A stretch of DNA of 64,000 nt from Klebsormidium nitens (lineage: Eukaryota; Plantae; Klebsormidiophyceae). The stretch covers positions 54,660 to 118,659 of the forward strand of contig DF237216.1 of NCBI GenBank assembly GCA_000708835.1, read 5' to 3'. The notes under the pieces are model-generated. The model had not been told where the DNA came from, did no database searches, and was given only the letters and a program-made list of their open reading frames with translations. The translations under genes were made by a program, and so were the position numbers. The stretch's first letter is position 1. Each line of letters begins with the position of its first letter. Shown in pieces: positions 47,301-59,636 of this stretch.

Positions 47301-50300
47301 GCCTCCACAACAGCGTCGATGTGAGCGCCCCCCACAAATTGCGCCGAAAGATCCGCTAGCTGGGCCGCGGCGGCGTTTTCGACTGGGCCCCCCGCTAGAA
47401 AGTGGGGCTGCGCGTGCGGCATGGGCGGCCGGAGCGTTCGGATGTGGCCCGGGGAGGAGACGAAGCGCTGAGTGGCGGAGTTGAAGAGGAAGGAAGGGAG
47501 GAGGTCGGTTTGGAGGTCGGACCACACCTGAACAAAAAGGTTTACTGAGTGAGAATTCATCTTAAGAAAGTGTTGAGAGACCGTCTGAGAGAACGTAGGA
47601 ACTAGGTGAATCAAGGATATGGGTTGGGGAAATTGCTGAAGGTAAAGTCAGAAGAGGCCGTCGGATGACACCTGTGGAAAGAACAAGGAGCTTGAGTTCT
47701 GGGGTGAGAGGCTATCTTCTCTTTTCCATCAAGCTGCTTGTCAGGAATATGAACGGTTGCAGGAGATCGAAAGTTCCTGCTTCTTGGCCACCCTTGACTG
47801 ACCATTTACGTGATAGAGACACAGGATTCTGCCAGCGCTTGGGTGCCGTTTCCTTTCTTTTCCGTCCCTATCCTCCGTGTTCTGTTGATTTCCACTCGTC
47901 TGCTCCTTTAGTGCCCTTCAAGCACATTGACGGGGTCGTGACAAAGTTTTTCTACAATCGAGCGACGAAAGTAGAACACGGAGTAAGGAACTAGAAAAGG
48001 GGGAAGATCAGCAAGTCCGTTGAGGATCCCAAGGACCAATAATGTATTTCCAAAGCGCCCACCTGGGTTCCAATCCTGCTGCTGAATGACGTCATGCTGA
48101 CGGTCTCGTTCCCCTCCGCCAGGATCAGCGCAAACTCGTCCAGACACAGCTCCTTGGACAGAAGCGCATGCGCCCGCTCGAGGATTCTCATCAGCGTTGC
48201 GTGCTCCAAGAATCTGCAGAGCCCCGTGGCCTCTAGCCGCTCGAGAAGGAACTCGACGTTCTCCCGAAACAGCCGGCTGACGCGCTGGCGCAGGAGTGAC
48301 GTCACGTCCACGGAACGTCCCAACAACTACGTACAAGGTTAAGCAGATGTCAGACAATTCTGAACGCCATCTCAACTTTCTGTGGGGTCGATCTTTTCTT
48401 GGAACAGCCGGCTGAAGCGCTGGCGCAGGAGAGACGGCACGTCCACGGAACGTCCCGACTCCCAACAACTGCGTCGAAGGATGTTTGGGTTCAGAAAAAG
48501 TTCCTAGTTGCTGATGTCAAAGGTCTGGAGGTTTCGTTCTCTTGGAAGAGCCGGCTGATGCGCTGCCACAGGGATGACGTCACGTTCACCAAGCGGCCCC
48601 GCAGCTGCGGGGAGAGACGACTGAGGTTTAGGCGCCTCCCCAGTTGCTGATGGTGACGACCTTGGGACGTCAACGTCCTCTTAGGATGGTGCGTTGCCAT
48701 AGAAGTGACGTCATGTCCACCGAGCAACCCAGTGGCTGCGCACTACAGTCTGACGCTTAGCGGCTTCAATATCAACTATATCGTGACTTGCCTATCTCTC
48801 GGGATAGCCGGCTGGTGGTCCTCTGTCGCAGAAGTGACGTCATCTCTGATACGCAGACAGGCAAAGCATATAGGAGACACCAGAAAAGACAATCCGAATT
48901 TAAATGACGCGGCAGCACCTGCACGTGACTCTGCTTGAACAGCCCGAAGTAGCGCGGCCGAATCGGGGGCCGCTCCGCTTCGTCGTTTCCGGTCTCCTCT
49001 ACGCTGGTCAGCCGCTCCGCTGCCGCTAGCACGGCCGGATCCAGGATCTGGCGGGCGGCTTCCCGCTTGAACCACCGGAACGCGTGCTCGCCGAACTTGT
49101 AAACCGCTTGGTCGAAGCACAGGTCGATCTGCAAAAACGGAGGTGCGGTTCTTGACCGAACTTGTAAATTGCTTGATCAAAGCAAAGGTTGACCTGGAAA
49201 AAGCGGAGGGACTGTTCTGAAGTGAACTTGTTAACGGCTTGGTCGGAGCACGGGTCCATTTGGTCAGAAAGAGGACTGTCCTTTAACCTGTTTGTACTAG
49301 GGGTGGTCCAAGCATAAGTCAATCTGGAAAGCTGTTCTTGAAGTATGTTCAGAGTATGCATGTTCATTCCAGGGGATCGACGCTTGTACTGTCGATCTGG
49401 ACCACCAAAAAGGACTTGGAAACACTGAAGGGGCATGCAATAGGTTGAAGTGTGACGGGGACAGCTTGTTTTCCGGGTGCTGCTGGTAGCGAAAGCTTAA
49501 GATGTGTTTTTCCCGATTGCTTTTAGCGGCCTTGTTTGACACCACATGGCAGCGACTCGGTATTTCAGCCGTTGAAGGGCTGCAGAACGCGTCGAAAGGG
49601 AAAGTAGTGGATGAAACAAACTGTTGCTGGAACTTAGGCGCAAGGTTTCTACTAGAGCTAGGCTCCCTGAATGACCTGGCATGGACGTAGAGGTGGCATT
49701 CTTCGAGGGCTGATGCGAATCAACTCTTTCCGACATTCGTTTCTAAGGTTAAAAAGGTTTGGTACCAAATGCCCCAAGATCAAGTTTCGAAAAGACAACC
49801 GTCCCACGTTGTCGAACGCTTCTGAGCTTCGCACGGGAGACTTCTATTGTCTCAAGATGCCGAAGCTTAAAGGGAGCAGAGGGCATTTTGAATTCCCTTT
49901 GGCCGAGCCCGTACCTCTGCCTCTACTTCGTCGTACAGATGCCGCTGCTTGAACGTGTAGAGCGCTCTATTCGCGGCGTTGTTTAGATATCAAACGGCAA
50001 TAGCACGTTGTGATGGGTTTGCTGAATGTCCGCACCGTTTAAGTACGGGACAGAAGCTTAAAAAAACCCTTACGGTGCCGACCCCTTACCTCTGCTTCTA
50101 CTTCGTCGTACAGATGCCGCTGCTTGAACGTGTAGAGCGCGGTGTTGCCAGCGTCGTTATAGATGTCGAACGGCAGCAGCACGTTGTCGACCAGTGACGG
50201 GTTGCCGGAGGTGAGGGAGTGGGAGGCGAGGATCCAAGGGAGGGAGCAGTCGATAGGAAACTGCGAAACGAATGCTAGGATTGAGTGTCTGGTCGACGAT

Positions 50301-53300
50301 GATCCATACCCGAGATCTTCAAACATTCTCTTTAAATTATACGTTCGGAAGAGGTCTACCTATCATGCGGGAAACACCCACAATTGAAGTTACTGTTTTA
50401 CTCGGATGAAAGTTCCTTCCCCATGGTACTTGGGCTTCCTGATTTCCAGGTCGTCAGACGTGGGAGCGAGAGAGGCAGGATCTTGAAAAGCGAGCAGTTG
50501 GTTCTGAACTGTGTGAACACGGTCGAGAAGGTTTTGCAGTTCAGAGTCTATGTTTCCGGTCTGTGGAAGAGGCGAAACGGCTTGCTGATCGACTGATGCC
50601 AACTTGTTTTGAGAAAAGCGAGCAGTCCAAAGGGAGCTGCGAGAAATGGGTACTGTGAATCGGTCCTTAAAGGTAAGCATATTAAGCTTTTCTTTGCTTG
50701 CACTACAATTCCCGCACTAACAATGCAAGGTCTCAGTGACTGGGATCGTTGAACTGCGAATATGGTGATGAGATGGCACCTAGTAAGAAGGAAAACATCT
50801 ACCAACGAACAAAGCCCTACATTTATGACATTCCATGTGAAACGTTCCCATCCCGCTCCAGGAAAACCAACTCACTCCCATCGCCTGCTGACGTCACCAA
50901 CTGTCAGCCTGCCTAATGTTCTCAAATCAAGCTGCCACGTGTCCTCACCTGAACAGTTCCTGCTCTTTCTAGGAAGAACTCCCGGTACCACAGCTCGCTG
51001 ACGTCAGTCAGACGTATCAAATGGGCTTTCACGTCAAGCGCGTGTGGGAGGCGCAGGAAGCGCTTTTGCCACCGCAGCAACTCCTTGGGGGGGTCGTTTG
51101 ACGGGGCGCTGGAGGAGGGGGTCGTTCCGGCGACGAGCTCTTCCATCAGGAATTGAATGGCGTACATCTGCGCGGGGGTTGGACGTTTCATGAAATGGGC
51201 TTTATTTTGAGAGGCCTTATGGCGGTGTTGGCTCTTTCTTCGAGCCCTGCTTGCATCAGGGCGTTTTCCTTCCGCATTCAACCTGGAAGTTCTGGTGATC
51301 TAAGATCTGGGCACCCTAGCAACATCGGTTGCGGCTGTCTTTTGTTCGTTCCTTTTGCCTTTTTGTTGTCTTGCAACCAGATATGGTCAAACCATTCGTT
51401 CCCTGTCTCTCTGAAACCTCGCACATTAGCATCTTGGAAGACAACTGGTCACCAATATTTTGTCTTTTCCGTCTCCTTCCCTTTCTCCTCTTTGCTCTTT
51501 CCAATCAACTCCCAACACGAGATCAAAGACGGCTTACCTGCGCAGCCGACGGCCGTACCCGCCGCACCTCCACCGCGGGCACTTTCACACCGTTGTTCAC
51601 CAGAGCTCGGCCGTCTGGTGTGAACTCGCCCAGCACGGCCCGCAGCTGCTCCAATAAGAGCGCCACGTCGCCCTTTCTGTTATACGCCCCCATGTGGACC
51701 GTTTCTTGGACCAGGTTTTGGATGTCCAGGTAGATGCCGGCGAAGATAAGCGGCGAGAGAAGATTCAGGGACTGTTCAAGGGCACGCCCGACGCCTTTCA
51801 GGAAACCGATCACCTGCGGACAAGATTGGAGAATACATCGATCATTGGGTGTACCAGTGCGGGTTCCAATGATGATGTTCGTACAAAACATAGCCGATGT
51901 CGAAAGGCGCAAGGATGCAATTCTCCTTACAAAATTTTATGTGTGATGTGGCCAGAAAAAGTCAGTCGGTGTTTGGCTTATTCCCGGAGAAAGGGCTGTT
52001 TTAATTCGTAAGGACGAGCAAGCGGGTACCGCTGCAGAGTATGATATGGCTTTTCCTTGAGCAGGTGTTGGTAACGTCAGCCATAGCAGGCTGCCACGTG
52101 GTCCTGGGGCTTTCAACTGAACAAAGACCGCCACACCTAAGTGACAACGGAAGCAACAGCGTCTGTTCTCTTCTCCTCATGTTCAGTCCGTTCAGCGGAA
52201 CTTTTGCTTCAACATAGCCATACACTGTCCGTCTACCGACCAGGATGCTTAGCTTCTTATTCACAACCATGTGTACGACCTCTGAATAACGCCTTCTAAA
52301 ACGGTGATCAAGACTCTCCCTTCCACAATCACACCTTCCACAAGAGGCGCCTTTGTAAAAGCGCACTGCTGTCCTCACGAAACTCTCACCCTAAGCAGCG
52401 CCGTTTTCTCCTCCGGCGCGTAGTTACATTGCACCGCGCGCTCGTAGTCCGTCAGGTCTTTCGCTCGCTTCGGGTCTCGCACTGGGGCCCTGTGGGCGAT
52501 ATGTGCGTACTTCCAGGCACTCTGCTCGCAGACTGCCAGCGCGCAGTCCGTCAGGAAAGCAAGGCCCTCCAGGGTCAGGTTCACGACGGTGGAGCAGAGG
52601 GAAGGGGGCGGCGGGGTATCGCCGAGAAGCCGAATCTGCAAGAAGACAATTTTAACGCACTTTAACTAGCCGCGTTGGCAAATGGCTCGTCGGATTCTCT
52701 GTCGCGCCGCGCTGGTAGCCGAAGATGTGTGTAGTGACAGATTGCAAATGAAGACTGGCGAACCAAAGAAAGGATCCAATCCAAGCAGTAAAACAAAAGC
52801 TGGAAAGATAACAACCAGTATGAGCTTAACGCAAGCTTTGCTTTGCTGCCGCAGTTGTCGGTCCTGGAAAGAACCAGATCTTTCAGTAACACGGCGACCG
52901 GGCCATCACAGAGAACCAGCGCGATATTTTGCAAACAGTACCAGCAAACCTTGATCGTTGACGACTATTGAGTAGTCAGTCCGCGCTCACCTGATTGACT
53001 GCGGCGCCGAGCCGGCAGCAAAACTCGTCGTGGGCGATCGCGAGATCGCGCGCTTTGTACACGAGCAAATATCGCATTTGCGCTTCCGCTAGGGACTTGT
53101 CGTCTTCCGGAGGGCGCACGTCGAAGCGCTTGAAGTCAGCGAGGCGGTCGAAGTAGGGGGATAGCTCCATGACGACAGCGGCGGGCGTGAGGGGGAGGTC
53201 CCAAAACGCGGGAACGACCGGCCAACGCTGCAAAGGAAGAATTCAATCTCTTCTTCAATGCCGCTTAGGGAGTGGGTGGTGAGCGGAACAACAAAGCGCT

Positions 53301-56300
53301 TGCAGGTGGGGAGGCGGTCGAAGTAGGGGGACAGCTCCATGACTGCGGCAGCGGGCGCGAGGAAGAGGTCCCAAAAACGTCGGAACGATCGGCCAACGCT
53401 GCAGAAAAAATTGATAGAGACTTCAATATCCAGCGGGAGGAGTTTCTCACATTCTCCAAAATTCTGTCAAAGCCAGCGGTGTAAAGGAAAGACTCCAGGA
53501 AAGTCGGCAGGGCGGTCGAAGTAGGGGGAGAGCTCCATGACGACGGCAGCGGGCGCGAGGGGGAGATCCCAAAACGCAGGGACGACCGGCCAGCGCTGCA
53601 AATGATTGAAAATTCAGGAATTGGTATTGGAGGCTCTTGCATATTCCATCATAAGCGAGAGGTTTCAAAGGAAAGGCATTAGAGAGTCAGGTAGGCGGTC
53701 GAAGTAGGGGGACAGCTCCTTAACAGCAGCTGGCGGAAGGGGGAGGTCCCAGAACGCCGGAATGACCGGCCAACACTGCAGAGAGCGAGGGATTCAAAGT
53801 GTTATTTATGCTTAGTCAGTGTTTTGAGGTGCAATGGATTAGAAAAAGCGCTTTCAGGCGTGGTTGAAGTAGGGGGAGAGCTCTACTACGGCGGCAACGG
53901 GCATGAGGGGGATGTCGGAGAACGCGGGAACGACTGGCCAACGCTGCAGAGGGGAGAGGTTCTAACCTTTTCATCACAGCTGCTTAGTAAATATTCTGAG
54001 GTTTTGAGGAGAAAACTTTGAAGCGCTTGCAGGTGGGGAGGCGGTTGAAGTACGGGGAGAGCTCAGCAGCGGGCGCAAGAGGGGAGGTCCCAGAAGGCCG
54101 GAACGGCTGGCCAGCGCTGTAAGGAAGGATGTAAAACACCTTTGACTTCGAAAAATATAGTTGGTGAAAATTTGTCACTTGCGGCGGCCGGAGAGTTGAC
54201 CGAGACCGCAAGAGTCCATTGAATGCTTACTCTTCAGGAAAGGTCAAAGCTTCTTTGGCACATAGTAACCCAGGAAACAAGAGTCGCTGAGAACTCAAGA
54301 TATCTGCTCGGACATTTGAGCGGAGGAAGAGACACTTAAGAGCGTGGTCTTTCCGTTCGGAAGGAGCAATGCAACTCTGCCAACAAAAGCAGACTCCACG
54401 ACCCCCTGAATCAGACAGGATGTAACAATTGAAAGTACCCACCCGAAAGAGTGCTTGGCATCTCGTTGGGTGCAACCGCCTCCCAAGCTTGTCGCCTTGT
54501 CTCTCAGTCGGCGTGGCCAAGACTAGAAGCGTGGGGACTGCCCGTAGCAGCACGTGCCTGTCATAGCCTATGAGGTTGCGCGAGCGGCTCGGAGGCGGAC
54601 GCTCGGCTTCCAGGGTGTCCAGGCAGAAGACGAGGAGGTCCGTCAGAATGTCGTCGTAACTGCAGAGGCAGGCCGTTTGGGATCTTTATTTGACGGACAG
54701 ATCGATATTCACATACATCGTTGAGCAGGACTCCAGCGGGAACGATAAGAAGCAGCTTTTGGGTCCGTTTGATTGTGCCGGCTGTCTGCACATGACTGTT
54801 TTCACAAGCTCTTTTTCTGCCACCTCGATTGTCTTTCAACGATGCAGACCGTTTCAGCCAAAAACGTTTGAGGCATTCCTGTGTCAAAGAGGGAAGAATC
54901 GCCATTGAAGCAGTCTCGACCAGGACAAAATGCCATGAGCTTGCGACTCCTCGCCAAAGGAGTTTGACAACGCGCCACGTACTCCAGCAATGCTCGCAAC
55001 TTTTTGATGAGCGGATTCCGGGACTTTTGTTCACCAAGATTTTGAACCCCTCAATGTAGGGCCCCTGCTATGGCGGAACAAACCCAAACCCATGAATGCA
55101 GAAAGGACATGACGCCTCTCATCTAAGGCAGCAAGAGCAGTCTAGGGAACGCCTTACCTAGCTAGCCTTCCCAGCTCGGCCCTCAAGTTTTTGAGAATGC
55201 TGAAGCGAGTGGTTAAGAACACCTGCGGGAGGAAGAAGCCGTTGGATAAAGGGTTTGGAAGTTCCTTGTTGAGACTTGCGCGAGAGTATCGTTGTGCGGT
55301 CGCAACAAGTCATCGCTATTTTGTTCCAGCAATCGACATTTGGAACCATTACTGGCAGCCCGTTCTGATGCGACTTCCCAAATTAGTCAAGCGGAGGGAA
55401 ACGAGCAGGCAGGTAATGTATCAGCCGGAGAAAAGCGACAGAGTGGAAACTGTACTAAGGCAAAAACACCTTCTCCTTGGGAAGGACTGTACGGAAACAA
55501 GTTGCAGGCCGTCGAACTCCACAGATGCGCAAAGACAGGCTAACGGCAGACTGGAACGACAAAGAGGTAATTTGGTTGAGGAAGTTGGGCAAAACGAAGA
55601 GAAAAACGAAGGAGCGCCATCCTTTCAGATTCCGACTGCAATCAAGTATGCGAGAAGGGACTACAAATCTTGAAAGGCGAAGGGACCAAGGTAGCCCTTT
55701 GAAGGACAGGCCAAGCCAGCCGCGAAAGAACGACGATACGTGACAGCAGAGAACGGAAAAGAGGGGAAACGATTGGGATGCTCTACCTGTAGCAGGTCGT
55801 GGTTGTCCGCCTCGGGGTTGACGGCGTCAGGCGCGTTGGAGACCTGTGCGAATAGGCCCTTGTACCAGGCGAAGTCGGTGGCCAGGCTGGGCTTGGAGTT
55901 CTTCACACAGTCCAGTAGGAGAAGCGCGTCCAGCAGGCGCAGCATCAGCCTGGCAGAAATGTGAATACGCTCACGTTTTGTAGCCAATGTACTCTATGAG
56001 TCTGTACATGTCTGCTGCCTGACTGACAACATCTAACGGGTTCTGACTTTTCTTGTTCGCGTGTCGAAAAGCCTCCTGTGAAGTCCCCAATTCACATTGG
56101 TCGAATTGACGCCACGCGCACCTGCTACCCGCCGAATTGAAGGCTGATTCGTAGGACTGAATTCTTAGATATGTTTGTGTGGACAAGCACACGCTGAGCA
56201 CACGACTCCACCAAAACTTGAGGCTTCTCTTTAACTTGTGACTTGGTCAAAACTTGACGCTCCTTCATAAGGAACTGAGGAGTCTTTGTCCACTGCAGGT

Positions 56301-59135
56301 CACTCAGAAAACTCCCGTCGAGGGCTGTAGGTGTCTCGAGTCGGGGCTACAAAGACGCTGCGCAGCTCACCACTTGTGCGCCACAGACGGGCCGTTGATG
56401 TGCCGGCCCGGGTGCGAGAAGCGCTGCATGTCAATACATAACTGCACGAAGGGAAAACGAATGCTTAGATCCTTTCGCTTGGAAGTTGGCTCAGTCAATG
56501 CAGGCACATCATCGGTCGCTTCGCTTACTTGTCAAGCATAATGCCAACCGGTAGATGGCTTTTGAGAGTCGGTGGAAAGTATTGAGGATCCCGAGAAAAA
56601 TCACCTTACGGCTCTGAAAGAGCGTCAAATTCAAAGCAGAATTATTGCCAGACACGGGGGGCCATAGTAGCAGCCGAAACTTGAGCAAGCCCCTGAACAT
56701 TCTACTTTAACTGGATACTTTCTTCTAGACCCGGTTCAACGCGTAACTTCCCACTAGCTACAGCTAACACTTGCATGCCACGTGCGCGGTCGATCTCTGA
56801 CACGAGATTCTAACAAATACAACGAGGGTTTGATGGGCGAAACTAGTGGCTTACTTGGCGCGCGGCGCTCGCCTGGAACGTATGTACGGTCATGATGCGC
56901 TCCACCTCAACTCGGAGGATTGCAAAGGTCGCTTCGTAGAGTTGCGGATCTGGCGGCACCTGTCACCACGCACAGATAGCCATGATTTCCTGGAATTTAT
57001 GTTTTAGAGGTCCGGGCTGAATTTTGGAGCTTCGAGTCCTCTGCGCGACAAGGAGGGAAAAGGAAGTCAATCAATGAAATATGAATCATCGCTGCATGCG
57101 GCTTCAGGAGATGAAGGAGGGGCATGTGTATGTTGGTTGGGCCCTTCGAACTCCAGGAATCGGTGGCATCTTAAAATGGGGATTGAATGATATGCGCAAC
57201 AACCTGGGATTGGAGAGGACTGAGGACCATATCGATCGCTCCCAAACACTCGGGCGTTTGGGCTCTTCAGCAAGTCCCTTCTCTGAACCTCTGGCATGCT
57301 GCACTGTAATTCCTGACTTCTCCAACAGTCAGTACCCAACCTCAAGCAATAAAGCGGCCGGCTAACCTGTGGAACGACCTTCACACAGCTTCGGTAGGTG
57401 TACAGTGACGTCAGCAGAGCGTGGCCTTGTGCGACCAGTGCGTCCTGCACAAGCGAACGGCGGAACTTCGACTAGTGGACAGTTTGGAGTTTCAACCAAT
57501 AAGTGCGAATATCCTTTTGAATTGGACGTCTGACTCACATGAACCCGTCAACAAGCTTGCTGAATGAAGTCGAGAGGCCGGCAATAGCAATCATGACGTT
57601 GAAGCGGATAAATGGTGAGATGGAAACACATCGATGCAGCGAGTCGTTTTCTAAACGATGGACGGGAGCCCCTAAGCGGATAGTCGGGTTTGATACGACT
57701 GAAACGGGCAACGAGTGAGCGTGCGTCTGACAAGATCTGTTCGATGCGTCGCGAGCTTTCATATCTACTGCAAGATAAATTTCCCAGGCGAAATTGTTCG
57801 AAGAACTCAAGCTATTGAAGCATATTGAGCTTGCAAAAGTTGCGCCCCTGTAAGCTTGCAGAAGAGCAACAATGTTTGAACATGTTGCCAGGCAGGAATC
57901 ATCCGTCAGTGCAAATTTATGAAGACTCAAGGAAAAGAGTTGTGCTACTCACGAGTTGGTTCAAGCCATGAACGTCCTCTGTCAGGGCCAGCTTGAATGC
58001 CGGAACATCAGCAAAGCCTGCAAAGAGAGTCCCGTGCTGGTTTCCTACGCCCTTTGACATACCCTGGCAAAATGCTTTTACCACCTACGCGATGATCTTG
58101 AGTCGACAATATTAAGCCCTACTAGCCTTTACGGCCCAGCATGTTACTCAATTGCTAGACCAAAGTCGTTTGCAGTAAGTGAAAAGTTGCGTGTATAAAT
58201 TCCCTGATACTGGTTGACTGCACAGTTGTATTGCATGATTCATATAGAACATCTTGGTGAGGAAAAACAAGAGAAGCGTTGTGCTGAAAATGTAATGTAC
58301 GCACCGGTGGCGCTGCTGAAGCTGGACTTGTCGACCGTTACTGGATCTGCCAGCCCGTTGGGGCTCGGCTGTTCATCCTGCCAGAAACGACATTGCGCAG
58401 TAGGAACAGATTGAGGGCACAGTTGGTGGTTTTATTGTGCTTATAGATTGTTTAAAGCAATCAGCGCCTGTAGTCATTCTGTATGGCTATATGAACAGTT
58501 AATCGAAGAGTGGGACTCCCATTCGATTTAAGAAAAGCGGAAGGGGCAGTGATGCGAAAGCAAATGTGCCCACAATTTACACCAGGGGCGTTCTGTCACC
58601 AGTTTTTGGATTCACTGCGCGCTTAGCATACTCTGTCAACTTACTTTGCTCAGATTGTCCAGTCAGCTTTCCACCTCCTCACGTGACAATAATACTCTAG
58701 TTTAGAGCACTCCCTCATATTGTTTAAGGTTCAGACCCATACTTTCCCCACAAAACAGTGCCTGAACCCAAGCATACCAGAGATGCTGCTGTGAAGGAGT
58801 GCCATTATCTGAGCATGCCAGTGCTTCTAATGATAAAAAATCCCACATTGCGTCTGGCTTGAATCTCGCACCAGGGTTTACCACCAGGACTCACAGAAAA
58901 GTGCTGAAGAAGAACAGGAGCGGTGTGCTTTTCCAGCCTGCCATGTCCTAGTTTTCAGTACCCCGGGTCCGAGCAATGAGCAGGAGTTTGTCTGAAGTCC
59001 ATCCATGACAAAAATAAGTTTGATGCAAGTTCCTAGGACCAGCTAGTGGCTGCATTGCATATCAATCTTTACCTCAATTGAGAATGTCGCAAGAGCAGCA
59101 ACTGCTGCTGCAATCTCGACCCCCTCGGGCGCCAT
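44301..59135 (-). CDS. PIR: PIROGI/SRA1/CYFIP subunit of the SCAR/WAVE regulatory complex, ~1235 aa, 22 exons
   Basis: Exons 59073-59135, 58305-58377, 57953-58017, 57367-57444, 56855-56959, 56371-56441, 55787-55949, 55158-55222, 54443-54659, 52991-53227, 52390-52635, 51538-51813, 50949-51167, 50090-50260, 48919-49128, 48063-48326, 47240-47527, 46648-46866, 46054-46270, 45545-45699, 44721-44927 and 44301-44399 (3708 nt, phases consistent). Motifs: LYTYRSCVK, DMQRFS...INGP, KNSKPSLATDFAWYK, LWYREFFLE...QFPIDCSLPW, LYDEVEAEIDLCFDQ, LLGRSVD, LGDSVTLGG. Confidence 0.93.
44533..44605 (-). repeat. Dispersed ~70-bp repeat, copy 2 (last intron of PIR)
   Basis: Reverse complement aaaaccattacgcgcttctc...ctaacccccagattaaccccacccgtcctgagggtgctta aligns with 770-838. 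Confidence 0.55.
48398..48860 (-). repeat. Array of four decayed copies of the acceptor and start of PIR exon LLGRSVDVTSLLRQR
   Basis: Copies at ~48398-48468, 48535-48604, 48685-48735 and 48796-48860, inside intron 48327-48918. Confidence 0.85.
49156..49400 (-). repeat. Array of three to four decayed copies of the acceptor and start of PIR exon IDLCFDQAVYKF
   Basis: Copies translate as VNLCFDQAIYKF (49193), MDPCSDQAVNKF (~49262) and IDLCLDH (49323), plus a stub at ~49397. Confidence 0.8.
49915..50030 (-). repeat. Intronic duplicate of the 3' part and donor of PIR exon ...ALYTFKQRHLYDEVEAE
   Basis: gcgctctacacgttcaagcagcggcatctgtacgacgaagtagaggcagag|gtac is nearly identical to the real exon end at 50090. 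Confidence 0.9.
53295..54120 (-). repeat. Array of five decayed copies of the acceptor and first ~90-100 nt of PIR exon RWPVVPAFWDLPLTPAAVVMELSPYFDRL
   Basis: CAG-preceded copies start at 53398, 53595, 53775, 53943 and 54116, spaced ~170-200 bp. The functional copy starts at 53227. Confidence 0.92.
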
Positions 59136-59636
59136 TTGGCAAGGTCACGCCGATGCAATGCTAGCTGCTGAATGTGGCACCAATGTAATTTGGGACCCGT
59201 CTGAGCAAGGGACTAACAGTGCATGATGGTGGAAAGTAATACTGTCCGAATAAGCAGTTCAGAGGGCGTCCAAGTGGTTTTTACGACCTGCTGAGGAACT
59301 CTTGGAGGGTCTCCCACATCCAAAAGCGCACGCCGCACACGTACAAATGCAAGACAAATGCTCCCTCCAAATGCTGCCTCCCTGCACAGAATGTTCTCGA
59401 GCTCCCAGACTTCAAAAAGTATAGATTAGCCTTAGGTTGAAGTTAGGGTTCTTGAGTGCGGGGCACCAATCTCAAAACCCTAACCCTAATCCTGCCCTTT
59501 CCAGGTGCTCAGACGCATAAGTTGCAGCTTGCATGTGTGAACTTCTTTCTAAGGAGGGGCGCCTCAAAGCGCCATTAGACAGCTAGCTAGGGACCAGAAG
59601 CCCTTCATCATAGCAACCGTGTGGCCCCATGCAACC
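59136..59636. promoter_or_regulatory. Putative bidirectional promoter PIR/YqgF with telo-box-like motifs
   Basis: Divergent ATGs about 500 bp apart; AAACCCTAACCCTAA at ~59475-59489 and GTTAGGGTT at ~59441. Confidence 0.45.

Noticed and set aside
53228-54140. Repeat-spacer-like array as CRISPR, or as Dscam-style mutually exclusive exons
   Set aside because: The repeats are diverged copies of eukaryotic exon sequence with no cas genes. They lack donors and several are frameshifted, so they cannot be complete alternative exons.
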